Shown here in pieces: positions 18,501-28,652 of a stretch of DNA of 64,000 nucleotides. The notes below the pieces were generated by a model. That model saw only the letters and a program-made list of their open reading frames with translations. It ran no database searches and was not told where the DNA came from. Each line of letters begins with the position of its first letter. The first letter of the stretch is position 1. Origin of the DNA: Candidatus Latescibacterota bacterium (lineage in GTDB: Bacteria > Latescibacterota > UBA2968 > GCA-2709665); contig OZ250150.1 of assembly GCA_965237675.1 (NCBI GenBank), positions 3,584,001 to 3,648,000 of the forward strand, given 5' to 3'. Both the position numbers and the translations under genes were made by a program.

Positions 18501-21361
18501 CCATTGCGCCTGCCATCGAGAGGCATTATCCGGAACTGGTGGAAAGCCAGCGTGAGGTCGTAGGCCATCTCGACGGCCCTTTGCTCGTGATTGCGGGGCC
18601 GGGATCCGGCAAAACTTTCAGCATTGTCCTGCGCGCATTGAATCTTCTATTACTGAACAAGGCCGAGCCGAAAGAAATAGTGCTCTGCACCTTTACCGAA
18701 AAGGCTGCATTCGAGATGCGGGACCGGCTGGCGGCGGCGGCCCGAAAAGTTCAGTACGGCGGCGACCTTTCGGAACTGACCGTTTCGACCATACACGGGT
18801 TCTGCGACCGCGTGCTTTCTCAGCACAGGCACCGGACGGATCTCGGGCACAACTACGAAACCTTAGACGAACTGACACAACTTCTCTTTATATTTGAGCA
18901 CTTCAATGAGATTGTTGGTCCGTCCGTCAATGGCCGGTTTCTCAATCACTGGACAACACGCTGGACTGCCATAGAGGGAGCACGCGGCTATTTTGACAAG
19001 ATCACGGAAGAACTGGTTGATCCTTGCCGTCTCACGGCTTCCGACGACCCTTTCGTTGCTGCTATCGGCACCGCGTATCAACGCTACGAGCAGGCCCTGT
19101 TAGCGGCCAACCGGGTCGATTTCGCCCACCTGCAACGGCACGTTTACGAATTACTCGAACAGAATGCGGACGCGGGGGCCGTCGCTCCGGACGTACATTA
19201 TCTGCTGGTAGATGAATACCAGGACACGAACTACATCCAGGAGCAGCTTCTCCTTAAATTGGCCAAACCCGGCAACAACCTGTGCGTCGTCGGAGACGAG
19301 GATCAGAGTATCTACCGCTTCAGGGGTGCGACCGTGCGCAACATTCTGGAGTTCGCGCAGCGTGTACCGGATTGCCGGATCGCCAGGTTAACAACCAACT
19401 ACCGTTCGAACCGCGCGATCGTGGAACGCTACGACCATTGGATGACCTCAAGCGATTGGTCCAACCTGGCCGGAGGATCGTTCCGTCACGACAAGACAAT
19501 CGTCGCAGACCCTCAAGGGCAGCACCCTGATTATCCGTCCGTAATCAGCATATGGGGCCGTGACCGACGAGATGAGGCCGACCGGTTTGCCGACTTGGTC
19601 GAGTTTCTTAAGGAGAACGAGGTCATAAAGGACTACAGCCAGGTTGCATTGCTCCTGCATAGTGTACGCTTGGGACAAAGCGGCCCTTATACGCAGGCGC
19701 TCGAGAGCAAGGGGATTCCAGCGTTCTGCCCTCGGGCACGCGTCTTTTTCGATATTCCCGAGATTCGCGATCTGGTCGCCTGCTTCGCCGTCCTGTTCGG
19801 CTGGTACGGCGACCGGCGTGGAGAACTCGCCGGCGCCCTCAGGAATCTGGCGAAGTACGTAGACGAGGCCATTGTAGAACTTAGTAAACGCTTCGCGTCA
19901 CCCCACCCGCTAGCCGGGGAGCTTCAGCGGTGGACCGACGAGATCGCCGCTCTTCAGGACGGCGAGACACTGGACCAGCGTCCGGCCGACTACTTCTACA
20001 GACTACTTGCGTTTGAACCCTTCAGGCAGGCCATTCAAAACGAAAACACCGCCCGCAACTTTGCTATTTTTTCCGAGCTTCTCAATGTCTTTCAAAGCTA
20101 CTATCACTATTCGGTCATTACTTACAGGAACCGCGAGTACATCCGCTTTCACTTTTTCAATAGCTTCTTGCGGTTTCTTTACGCTGGCGGCATCAACGAG
20201 TACGAGGATCCGGAACAGCGTTTCCCATGGGGACATGTTCAAGTAATGACCATCCATCAGGCAAAGGGGCTCGAGTTCCCGGTGGTCGTGGTCGGCTCAC
20301 TATCGACATCTCTAAGGAGTCCGAAGCAAATCGACCGAAATCTCGAACCCTTCTATCACCGTCCGCCTTTCGAGCCCGAGGACCGCATCACGCTCTTCGA
20401 CCGAATGCGTCTGCACTACGTTGCGTTTTCAAGGCCGCAGAAAATGCTCGTACTTACATCCGCCGAACAACCCAAAAACCACTTCGCATCTATCTGGCAG
20501 GGGCTCCCGCAATGGCCGTACGTCCCGAGGGAATTGCTCGCCGCCCAGTCCTTCGAGCCGCACGAACGCATGCCGGTCAAGAAGACGTACAGCTTCACCG
20601 GCGACCTTAAGGTTTACGAGACATGCCCGCGCCAATATCAATTCTTCCGCGAATACGATTTTACGCCGTCACGTTCCGCCGAAATGTATTTCGGACTGCT
20701 GGTCCATCAGACAATTGAGGAGATTCACAGATTCGCCCTGGACGGGCAACTCCATACGCTAGACGAGGAACGGATCCAGGGGTTGTTTGAAAGGACGTTT
20801 CGGTTTCTACATCTCTCCGGCAGGCGCCCCATCGGGGATAAAGCAAAAGAGTTGGCATTTACGCAGGTAATCAACTATTTTCGACAGAATCAGGACGCAA
20901 TGAATCGGATCATTGAAACAGAGGTGGACGTCTCGCTGGAGAAGGACCGGTACATCCTGACCGGAAAGGTGGACCTGTTGATCGGCGGTGACGGAAAGTT
21001 GGAACTGCTCGACTTTAAGACGTCGCCACGCCCGACGAACTCCTCGGAGCTTATCTCGGCATACGAACGGCAACTTTGCACCTATGCGCACATTCTGGAG
21101 CAGCGGCACGGAAAGCACGTTGACCGGCTGCTTCTATATTGGACTGCGGAGGAACAAAAGGACCAAGCGCTCATGGTCCTACCGTATCGCCCTGAATCCG
21201 TGGAAAACGCGGGCCGGCACTTCGACGAGACTGTTAACCGAATTCAGACAGGCCAGTTCGCGGTCAAAAGGCCACCCGAGGCGAAAATCTGCCAGGAGTG
21301 CGATCTGCGGATGCTGTGCCATTCGGAAGGCGTTATCGGACGGGCCCAGATGGCCAATTGA
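18497..21361 (+). CDS. UvrD/REP-type SF1 helicase fused to a C-terminal PD-(D/E)XK nuclease with Fe-S cysteines
   Basis: AGPGSGKT, VDEYQD, GDEDQSIYRFRGA, NYRS, MTIHQAKGLEF, YVAFSR; C-terminal CPRQY, GKVDLL, LDFKT, QLCTYA, CQECDLRMLC; GTGA overlap with radC. Confidence 0.9.
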   Translation: MTIAPAIERHYPELVESQREVVGHLDGPLLVIAGPGSGKTFSIVLRALNLLLLNKAEPKEIVLCTFTEKAAFEMRDRLAAAARKVQYGGDLSELTVSTIHGFCDRVLSQHRHRTDLGHNYETLDELTQLLFIFEHFNEIVGPSVNGRFLNHWTTRWTAIEGARGYFDKITEELVDPCRLTASDDPFVAAIGTAYQRYEQALLAANRVDFAHLQRHVYELLEQNADAGAVAPDVHYLLVDEYQDTNYIQEQLLLKLAKPGNNLCVVGDEDQSIYRFRGATVRNILEFAQRVPDCRIARLTTNYRSNRAIVERYDHWMTSSDWSNLAGGSFRHDKTIVADPQGQHPDYPSVISIWGRDRRDEADRFADLVEFLKENEVIKDYSQVALLLHSVRLGQSGPYTQALESKGIPAFCPRARVFFDIPEIRDLVACFAVLFGWYGDRRGELAGALRNLAKYVDEAIVELSKRFASPHPLAGELQRWTDEIAALQDGETLDQRPADYFYRLLAFEPFRQAIQNENTARNFAIFSELLNVFQSYYHYSVITYRNREYIRFHFFNSFLRFLYAGGINEYEDPEQRFPWGHVQVMTIHQAKGLEFPVVVVGSLSTSLRSPKQIDRNLEPFYHRPPFEPEDRITLFDRMRLHYVAFSRPQKMLVLTSAEQPKNHFASIWQGLPQWPYVPRELLAAQSFEPHERMPVKKTYSFTGDLKVYETCPRQYQFFREYDFTPSRSAEMYFGLLVHQTIEEIHRFALDGQLHTLDEERIQGLFERTFRFLHLSGRRPIGDKAKELAFTQVINYFRQNQDAMNRIIETEVDVSLEKDRYILTGKVDLLIGGDGKLELLDFKTSPRPTNSSELISAYERQLCTYAHILEQRHGKHVDRLLLYWTAEEQKDQALMVLPYRPESVENAGRHFDETVNRIQTGQFAVKRPPEAKICQECDLRMLCHSEGVIGRAQMAN

Positions 21362-21427
21362 CGAGGGACGAAACAGATTTCCGAACCATAGGGCTTGGTC
21401 ACTTTAGCGCATAAGAGGAACACTGTT

Positions 21428-23335
21428 ATGGCAAAGATTGACATTACGAGGACCGAGTTGGTCTGGCCCGGCAAGTACAACGAGGATGGAACCCTCAGGG
21501 AAGTTCAGCGGGTAAATCTTCCGTTCCAGGTGATCGAGACTGTCAACGAGAGCCGTGCTACACGTGAAGCAAAGAAGGACGTCGTTCAGGGATCGCTATT
21601 CGAAATCTACGAAGGTAAGGAGGGAGACACATTTGAGGATGGGTGGAAGAACAAGCTTATCTGGGGCGACAATCTGTTGGTAATGGGGTCGCTGTTGGAA
21701 AAGTTCGCGGGAAAAGTCGACTTGATTTATATCGATCCGCCGTTTGCGACTGGAGCGGATTTCTCGTTTACAACGGAAATCGGCGAAAAGGGTCTGGAGG
21801 TCTCGAAAGAACAGTCTCTCATAGAAGAGAAGGCCTACCGCGATACTTGGGGACGAGGAATTGATTCGTACGCATCCATGATCTACGAACGCCTCTGTTT
21901 GATGCATGATCTGTTGGCGCCATCCGGACTAATTTATGTACACTGCGATTACCGCGTTAACTATCTAATGCGGTCGATGCTTGACGAAATCTTCGGCAGA
22001 GAAAACCTCCGCAATGAAATCGTGTGGTGCTACAGGGGTGGGGGTACACCGCTTAATGACTTTGCTGAGAAACATGATGTAATCCTAAGGTATAGTAGAG
22101 GATCCAACTATTATTTCGACGTAGATCCAGTACGGATTCCCTACTCAGAGGCAAGCACCGAACGGTTGAAAAACAAGGCAAACGTATTCCGCGGTGACAA
22201 AGTCTATCGCAACTACGAGCCACACGAGCTTGGCAAGCATCCCGAGGATTGGTGGACGATACAGCCAATCATGCCGTCGGAGAAACAAGAACGGAGCGTA
22301 TGCTACTATCCGACGCAGAAACCGGTGGAACTATTGCAAAGGATTGTCGAATCGTCGTCACCGGCTAACGGTCTCGTGCTCGACGTGTTTTGCGGAAGCG
22401 GTTCGACGCTTGTTGCCGCAGAGGGACTACGAGTTCAGCGTGGTGATCAGGCCCAAAAGTCTCTCGGGTTCGCGAAACACAGGCGGAGGTGGATAGGATG
22501 CGATCTAGGGCGATTTGCGGTGCATACTTCAAGGAAGAGGCTTCTTGAAATCAAAGACTGCAGGCCGTTCGATATGTTGAACCTTGGGAAGTACGAGCGC
22601 CAGTACTGGCAAGGCGTGACATTTGGCGGTAGTACGAACAAGCTTATCGCTGAACAGACTGTGTATGAGTACCTCGCCTTCATCCTCAAGTTGTACGGCG
22701 CGCAGCCTATCTCCGGACTGCAACATCTTCACGGCAAAATAGGTAAGGCCATGATACACATCGGCGCAGTGGATGCGCCGGTCACCATTGATGAGATTGG
22801 CGACGCAGTGGCAGAATGCGCCAAGTTGAATCAGCATGAACTACACGTCTTGGGCTGGGAGTGGGAAATGGGTCTTCAGAATCTCGTCGTTCCCGAAGCG
22901 CAAAAAAAGGATGTGAAACTCACACTTCTGCAGATTCCCCGCGAAGTTATGGAAAAGCAAGCCGTGGACCGGGACGACATCCGGTTCTTTGAACTCGCAT
23001 ATTTAAACGCGATTGTCGTTAGGTCAATGAAGCGGAGTATACAGGTGAAGCTTAAAGATTTCGTCATACCCAACTCGGAACTGATTCCTAACGAAGTGCG
23101 TGAGAAGATTGGGAAATGGTCTGACTACATTGACTATTGGGCCGTGGATTGGGACTTTCGGAACGATACGTTTATGCAGGGTTGGGTGACTTACCGTACC
23201 CGCAAAGATCGAACGCTCACACTCATTTCCGACTCGCACGTCTACGAGAGGCCCGACAATTACCGCTTGCTGGTCAAGGTAATTGACATCTTCGGCAACG
23301 ACACGTCGCAGGCCCTTGAAATTGAGGCGAATTAG
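21428..23335 (+). CDS. mod: Type III restriction-modification methyltransferase (Mod, beta-class N6-adenine)
   Basis: NKLIWGDNL, motif IV YIDPPF before motif I DVFCGSGS, YPTQKP, C-terminal VKVIDIFGND. Confidence 0.9.
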   Translation: MAKIDITRTELVWPGKYNEDGTLREVQRVNLPFQVIETVNESRATREAKKDVVQGSLFEIYEGKEGDTFEDGWKNKLIWGDNLLVMGSLLEKFAGKVDLIYIDPPFATGADFSFTTEIGEKGLEVSKEQSLIEEKAYRDTWGRGIDSYASMIYERLCLMHDLLAPSGLIYVHCDYRVNYLMRSMLDEIFGRENLRNEIVWCYRGGGTPLNDFAEKHDVILRYSRGSNYYFDVDPVRIPYSEASTERLKNKANVFRGDKVYRNYEPHELGKHPEDWWTIQPIMPSEKQERSVCYYPTQKPVELLQRIVESSSPANGLVLDVFCGSGSTLVAAEGLRVQRGDQAQKSLGFAKHRRRWIGCDLGRFAVHTSRKRLLEIKDCRPFDMLNLGKYERQYWQGVTFGGSTNKLIAEQTVYEYLAFILKLYGAQPISGLQHLHGKIGKAMIHIGAVDAPVTIDEIGDAVAECAKLNQHELHVLGWEWEMGLQNLVVPEAQKKDVKLTLLQIPREVMEKQAVDRDDIRFFELAYLNAIVVRSMKRSIQVKLKDFVIPNSELIPNEVREKIGKWSDYIDYWAVDWDFRNDTFMQGWVTYRTRKDRTLTLISDSHVYERPDNYRLLVKVIDIFGNDTSQALEIEAN

Positions 23336-23337
23336 GC

Positions 23338-26181
23338 ATGGCTAAAGCCGTCATTAACTACGATAGGGATCTACCAGAGGTGCAAGATCGCCGTCCCTGG
23401 GAAAAGCCAACATCCCATCTCGTCAAAGACGACGATGCGCCGACGGGTTGGCTTGAGGATAGCTCCGGTCGCCGTCCGAGCAATCTCCTGCTCGTGCCGA
23501 AAATCCGCAAAGCCGTCGATAACTGGCGAGACAGTGGGTACGCGGGCGCCTCGGAAGTTACCCTGCGCCTGTTTGAGTATTGGTTCGAGGAGGATCACAG
23601 CGTCCCGGGATTTGACGTCCCATTTCGGTACTACTTCTGTCAACGGGAAGCCATAGATACGCTGGCTTGGATGTTGGAAATCGCTGGCCAGCGCGACGCA
23701 AAGGACCTAATTGAAGCCCACGGCTCGATCTATCAAGAAGACCTTCTCTTGAAGAACATCGAGTTTCAGACCACAATGGACGGTACCAGACAGCTACGCA
23801 GATATGTGCCGGAACTGGAGCGAGAAGGATTACAGGACTTGCCGCCCAAGGACCTGTGTCGCTTCGCCTTCAAAATGGCCACGGGTTCGGGCAAGACCTG
23901 GGTGATGGCGATGGCGGTCGTCTGGGCACGCTACCACAAGCAGCGCGTCCCCGGATCGGAACTCTCCTCGAACTTCCTCATCGTGGCGCCCAATGTCATT
24001 GTCTACCAGCGGCTGGAGAAGGACTTTGCAAACAACCGTATATTCCACGAATTGCCGTTGATCCCGCCTGAATGGAAAGGCACTTTCTCTCAAAAGGTGA
24101 TCCTTCGTGGAGATGCCGCCGAGCCGGATCTGGATGGAAATTTGTTCCTCACCAATATTCATCAACTCTACGAATCTCGCGCCGAGGAGTGGACAGCGGA
24201 GAACGCCGTTGAAGCCCTTTTGGGCAAGAAACCCGCACAAGACTTGGCGGCATCCGGTCAGCGTTCAGTGCTGGAACGCGTGAAGTCACTGAAAGACCTC
24301 ATCGTGCTCAATGACGAGGCACACCATGTGCACAAAGAGGATCTGGCGTGGAGTCGATCGCTGCTGGCAGTTCACAACGCGCTGCCAATCGGTCTTAGCA
24401 TGTGGCTCGACTTCTCGGCCACGCCCAAAGACCAGAACGGGATGTACTTCCCATGGACGGTCGTGGATTATCCGTTGGCGCAGGCTGTAGAGGATAAAAT
24501 CGTCAAGGCGCCGCTCATCGTAGAGCGGGAGGATGACTCCAATCAGCCGACCGAAGATCCCGTCGGCGTCACAAAGTCGAACATCGCGGAAAAATATGGA
24601 TACTGGCTAAGGGCCGCCGTACAGCGGTGGAAGGAACACTGGCGAATTTATAGGAAGCTCAACACCCGGCCAGTGCTTTTTGTCATGGTGGAGAAGAACG
24701 TCTATGCTGACGAGTTAGGTGCGTTTCTGTGGAAGACGGAGGAATTCGGCTTCAAGCAATCCGAGGTACTCATTATCCACACGGACAACACGGGGGAAGT
24801 TCGAAGTGGAGATATTGAGAAAGCCCGGCAAGCGGCACGGGACATCGATACGGCTGAAAGCAAGATAAAAGTCATTGTCAGCGTAATGATGTTGCGCGAG
24901 GGGTGGGACGTGCGTAACGTGACGGTAGTGCTCGGGCTGCGTCCTTTCACCGCAAGAGCTGAGATACTCCCAGAACAGGTGATTGGTCGTGGATTGCGCC
25001 TGATGACACAGGTAAGTCCTGATAAGACACAGACCCTTGAAGTGCTTGGAACGCGGAACCTGCTCAACGTTCTACGCGACCAACTCGAAACCGAAGGGGT
25101 CGGGGTGCTGAGCACTAAGGAAGACCCGCCGTTACCGGTTGTGATCGCACCTGTAAAGGAACGGCTAAAGTACGACGTTACAATTCCGATCACTAAGCCC
25201 AGTCTAACGCATGATTTTCGCAGGCTGTCCACCGTGGATGTGTCTTCGCTTGAATCGATTTACGAGCGGCAAGATCTGTCAGAGGCGTATCGGATACGTT
25301 TGAAGATGGAATTCGCAACTACCGAGACCGAGGTCCATCAGGCCGACATTGTTGTGGAACCCCGCCCCGCACAGGAACTGCTGGCGACGATCACTAAAAG
25401 GACCACTGAGCGTGCAAACCTGACGAATCGTTTTGCGGAAATGTATCCGATCGTGCAGACCTATGTCATGAATCGGTGTTTTGGGCGAAAAATCGAAATG
25501 GACGATGAAAACATCCGCTCCCATCTGGGTAGGCTCGAACTGCAGGAGGGTATTGCCGGATACATGGCCCGCGAGATCGCGGCAATCGCGGTCGAGCGGC
25601 GTGCGGTTGAGTTCGAAAACGAGCATTTTCGTCTCTCCCTGACGAAGCCATTCAGTTGGCGCCGAAATTTGCCGCCGTTGAAAGCGATAAAGACGATTTT
25701 CAACTATGTGGCCACCTACAACGACTTTGAGCGCATTTTTGCGGAGTTTTTGGACAGCGCCAGTGATGTCATACGCTTTGCGGCACTCGGCACAACGGAA
25801 CAGGGCAATTCTGCCACGACATTCCGCATCGATTATCTGAAACGAAGCGGGGCTATCGGATTCTATTACCCTGACTGGGTCGTCGTCCAAGTTGCCGAAG
25901 GCGGCGAAGTGAACTGGGTCGTCGAAACCAAAGGCCGAGTTTGGGAAGGGACTGATGAGAAGGATAAAGCAGCGCGGGAGTGGTGCAAGCGGGTAAGCGA
26001 ATCCACCGGAAAGCCCTGGAAGTACACCCGCATCAACCAGTCCGAGTTTTCCGACGAGTGCCCGACGTTCGCCGCGTTCCTCTGGAGACGAGCGCTTAAA
26101 ACATCGAGTGAACGCCAGAGGGAGATGCGGCCGGTGACGCAAGAAGAAATTCGCAAATGGAAAGAGGAGGGCCGGCGCTGA
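23338..26181 (+). CDS. res: Type III restriction endonuclease/helicase subunit (Res) with an extra C-terminal tail
   Basis: KMATGSGKT, NDEAHH, SATP, MLREGWDV, EQVIGRGLR, nuclease YYPDWVV...VETKG; starts 2 nt after the mod stop. Confidence 0.88.
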   Translation: MAKAVINYDRDLPEVQDRRPWEKPTSHLVKDDDAPTGWLEDSSGRRPSNLLLVPKIRKAVDNWRDSGYAGASEVTLRLFEYWFEEDHSVPGFDVPFRYYFCQREAIDTLAWMLEIAGQRDAKDLIEAHGSIYQEDLLLKNIEFQTTMDGTRQLRRYVPELEREGLQDLPPKDLCRFAFKMATGSGKTWVMAMAVVWARYHKQRVPGSELSSNFLIVAPNVIVYQRLEKDFANNRIFHELPLIPPEWKGTFSQKVILRGDAAEPDLDGNLFLTNIHQLYESRAEEWTAENAVEALLGKKPAQDLAASGQRSVLERVKSLKDLIVLNDEAHHVHKEDLAWSRSLLAVHNALPIGLSMWLDFSATPKDQNGMYFPWTVVDYPLAQAVEDKIVKAPLIVEREDDSNQPTEDPVGVTKSNIAEKYGYWLRAAVQRWKEHWRIYRKLNTRPVLFVMVEKNVYADELGAFLWKTEEFGFKQSEVLIIHTDNTGEVRSGDIEKARQAARDIDTAESKIKVIVSVMMLREGWDVRNVTVVLGLRPFTARAEILPEQVIGRGLRLMTQVSPDKTQTLEVLGTRNLLNVLRDQLETEGVGVLSTKEDPPLPVVIAPVKERLKYDVTIPITKPSLTHDFRRLSTVDVSSLESIYERQDLSEAYRIRLKMEFATTETEVHQADIVVEPRPAQELLATITKRTTERANLTNRFAEMYPIVQTYVMNRCFGRKIEMDDENIRSHLGRLELQEGIAGYMAREIAAIAVERRAVEFENEHFRLSLTKPFSWRRNLPPLKAIKTIFNYVATYNDFERIFAEFLDSASDVIRFAALGTTEQGNSATTFRIDYLKRSGAIGFYYPDWVVVQVAEGGEVNWVVETKGRVWEGTDEKDKAAREWCKRVSESTGKPWKYTRINQSEFSDECPTFAAFLWRRALKTSSERQREMRPVTQEEIRKWKEEGRR

Positions 26182-26297
26182 TGGCCACGGTAATCGACGC
26201 GTCGGTGATGGGGGCCCAACTACTGTCCGACGAGGCACATAGTGACTTTGCCCGAGCCCTGCTGGAACAACTGGATACCGAAGAGCGCATTGCCCCC
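26181..26297 (+). pseudogene. vapC: Truncated PIN-domain (VapC-like) toxin gene
   Basis: MATVIDASVMGAQLLSDE...ALLEQLDTEERIAP fits the PIN N-terminus (V.DAS...DE); TGATG overlap with res; similarity is lost after IAP. Confidence 0.65.
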
Positions 26298-26359
26298 TAC
26301 ACGCTTCAATGTCCGATAGGACGATCCGAAGTTTACTTTCGCCTCTGGAACGAGCCTAG

Positions 26360-27993
26360 GAGTCTGCGCCGCAGGAAAATTCATTTCAATGGACAGGTGT
26401 GTGTAGGTATAATGGGTCGTGCAGTTCAGAAATGTCAAGCAGTAAAGAGGTTGTGAGTTATGTCAACGGAGGGAGCTATCGATGCCGACGACCTTTCGTC
26501 CGTATCACCCGGACCAGATATTGCTGTTGGCGCCTGATCTTCGGGAGTGGGTGCCTGAAGGGCATCTGTCGCACCAGGTGAGCGATCTGGTGGATTCACT
26601 GGATCTGGGGTCGTTCTACGCGCCCTATGAAGGCGATGGGCGTCGCAACGCACCTTATGAGCCATCGATGATGTTGAAGGTATTGATATATGGGTACGCG
26701 ACGGGTGTGTATTCGTCTCGTGGGATGGCTCGGAAGCTGGAGGAGGACGTGGCGTTTCGTATGTTGGCGGCAGGCAATTTTCCACAACACCGGACGATCT
26801 GCGAGTTTCGTCGTCGTCACCTAAAAGATTTCGGGTGTTTGTTCGTGGAGGTGGTTGGTGTGGCGAGGGAGATGGGTCTGGTACGTTTCGGGACGCTCTC
26901 TTTAGACGGCACGAAGGTACGAGCGAAGGCGAGCAAGCGCAAGGCCATGAGTTACCAGCGGATGTTGAAGGAACAGGCTCGTCTGGAGAAAGAGATCGGG
27001 GCGTTGCTGGCGGGGGCTGTGTCGATTGATGCCGAGGAGGACGCGCGTTACGGCGCGGATGTTCGTGGCGACGAGTTGCCGGTCGAGTTGCAGCGCAGGC
27101 AGGTTCGTCTGGCGGCGATCAAGGCGGCTCGGGAGCGTCTAAAAGCATCGCAACGGGCGGCCGACGATGCGCGCGGGCGCAAGCCCGGTCAGGATCGCAA
27201 CCCGAAGGGCGGGCGGCCTTACAAAAGAGCCTATGGCGAGCCCGACCCGAAGGCTCAGAGCAACTTCACGGACCCCGAGTCTCGGATCATGAAGACGAGC
27301 GCGGAGGGTTTCCAGCAGTGCTACAACGCCCAGACGGTTGTGGACGCCGAGCGTCAGATCATCGTGGCTGCGCATCTGGGGTCCGCGGCCACCGATCAGG
27401 GCTTTATGCTCCCTTTGCTGGATGGGGTGCAAGAGACATTCGGGGTCACGCCCGGCGCGGTTCTGGCGGATGCGGGATACTGCAACGAGGAGGACTTGGC
27501 CACGCTTGAGGAACGTGGCATCGATGGTTACGTGGCGCTGGGGCGGGAGGGCAAGGAAAGGGTGGACGTCGATTCGGAGACGCTTCCGGCGACGCATCGC
27601 ATGGGCGAAAAACTGGCGAGCACGGAAGGTCGGGGCCTGTATGCGAAGCGCAAGTGGCTCTCGGAGGCGCCCAACGGATGGATCAAGGAGATATTGGGCT
27701 TCCGACGCTTCAGCTTCCGGGGTCTGGAAAAGGTGCGTGCCGAGTGGGACCTGGTCTGCCTGGCGTTGAACGCCAGGCGGATGGCAGCGTTGACGATGTG
27801 TTGAGGCATGAGTTAGGGCGTCCTGTCCTTGTGGACTCGACATACGGGAAGCCAACCTCCCTAATATCTCGCCCTCAACACGCCTGACTGCCACGATGAC
27901 CGCGCCCGAAACTCATCATACCACTCCCAACATAACACCGAACCCAACACAGACACATCTCGCCCTTTGCAAAAACTCCTGCGGCGCAGACTC
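26360..27993 (+). mobile_element. Complete IS1182-family insertion sequence (1634 bp)
   Basis: Perfect 17-bp terminal inverted repeats GAGTCTGCGCCGCAGGA (26360-26376) / TCCTGCGGCGCAGACTC (27977-27993); CTAG on both flanks (26356-26359, 27994-27997). Confidence 0.92.
26482..27804 (+). CDS. IS1182-family DDE transposase
   Basis: PYEPSMMLKVLIYGYATGVYSSR, HRTICEFRR, LDGTKVRA, NFTDPESRIMK, LADAGY, GWIKEILGFRRFSFRG. Confidence 0.93.
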   Translation: MPTTFRPYHPDQILLLAPDLREWVPEGHLSHQVSDLVDSLDLGSFYAPYEGDGRRNAPYEPSMMLKVLIYGYATGVYSSRGMARKLEEDVAFRMLAAGNFPQHRTICEFRRRHLKDFGCLFVEVVGVAREMGLVRFGTLSLDGTKVRAKASKRKAMSYQRMLKEQARLEKEIGALLAGAVSIDAEEDARYGADVRGDELPVELQRRQVRLAAIKAARERLKASQRAADDARGRKPGQDRNPKGGRPYKRAYGEPDPKAQSNFTDPESRIMKTSAEGFQQCYNAQTVVDAERQIIVAAHLGSAATDQGFMLPLLDGVQETFGVTPGAVLADAGYCNEEDLATLEERGIDGYVALGREGKERVDVDSETLPATHRMGEKLASTEGRGLYAKRKWLSEAPNGWIKEILGFRRFSFRGLEKVRAEWDLVCLALNARRMAALTMC

Positions 27994-28107
27994 CTAGCCT
28001 GATTCATTCATGAATTGTCACGGATTGCAGTTTCAGGAAGCAGAAACAGCTTCCGGGTGATTAGAGAAACGGAAGAAAAACCTGTCTGTGACGGATTTGG
28101 CGGACGA

Positions 28108-28319
28108 GACCTAACCCCTACCCCCCTTCCTGAAAGGAAGGGGGAAATGCGATCGGTTGATGAACGGTCAGATTGGCTGAAGCCATTTCGATTGATGAAA
28201 AACTCCAGGCGAAATATTGTGATGGGTCCGCTCAATCAGAGCTCATTTAAAACCGTGTTGGCACAACGCCTGGTTCAACTCCCCCTTTCCTTGCAGGAAG
28301 GGGGCCGGGGGGAGAGGTC
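28108..28319. repeat. REP/MITE-like element, family B (CCCCCTTCC...GGAAGGGGG hairpin pair)
   Basis: Ends GACCTAACCCCTACCCCCCTTCCTGAAAGGAAGGGGG and CTCCCCCTTTCCTTGCAGGAAGGGGGCCGGGGGGAGAGGTC; second copy at 40799-40948. Confidence 0.75.
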
Positions 28320-28652
28320 CTCCCTTATGATCAATCCCTTCACTTTTCACCGAATAGACTTGAGAAAAGGATCCTGTGATGAATATCTTGAGCCCCCACG
28401 GTAGTTTCTTCCAAGTTCATTGCTACAAGGTTATTTGCGTAACCATAATACAATGACTTGGAGTAACGAAACTGCCTTTTTTGCGAATTATTCAGGCTAG
28501 AGAACGAGTAGTCGATTTAATTTAACTGCCGCGGTTACTTTCCTTGATTACCACGGTATCAACCGTTTCGTCCCCGTGACCTTGCACGGACGCGCTGAAC
28601 CCACATTTCGACCGCTTTGAGGCCGCCCTCGCCCAGTGATTGAGGCTCTACG

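Noticed and set aside
20560-21361. Cas4 / CRISPR-Cas association of the helicase C-terminal nuclease
   Set aside because: No cas genes or repeat-spacer array in the window, and this fold is shared with AddB/RecB-type nucleases.
16400-28000. Prophage or integrative element with att sites around the defence island
   Set aside because: No integrase, phage genes, tRNA target or flanking direct repeats were found by eye.
28015-28404. 129-aa ORF downstream of the IS as the continuation of vapC
   Set aside because: No PIN motifs, and it translates through the family B repeat.
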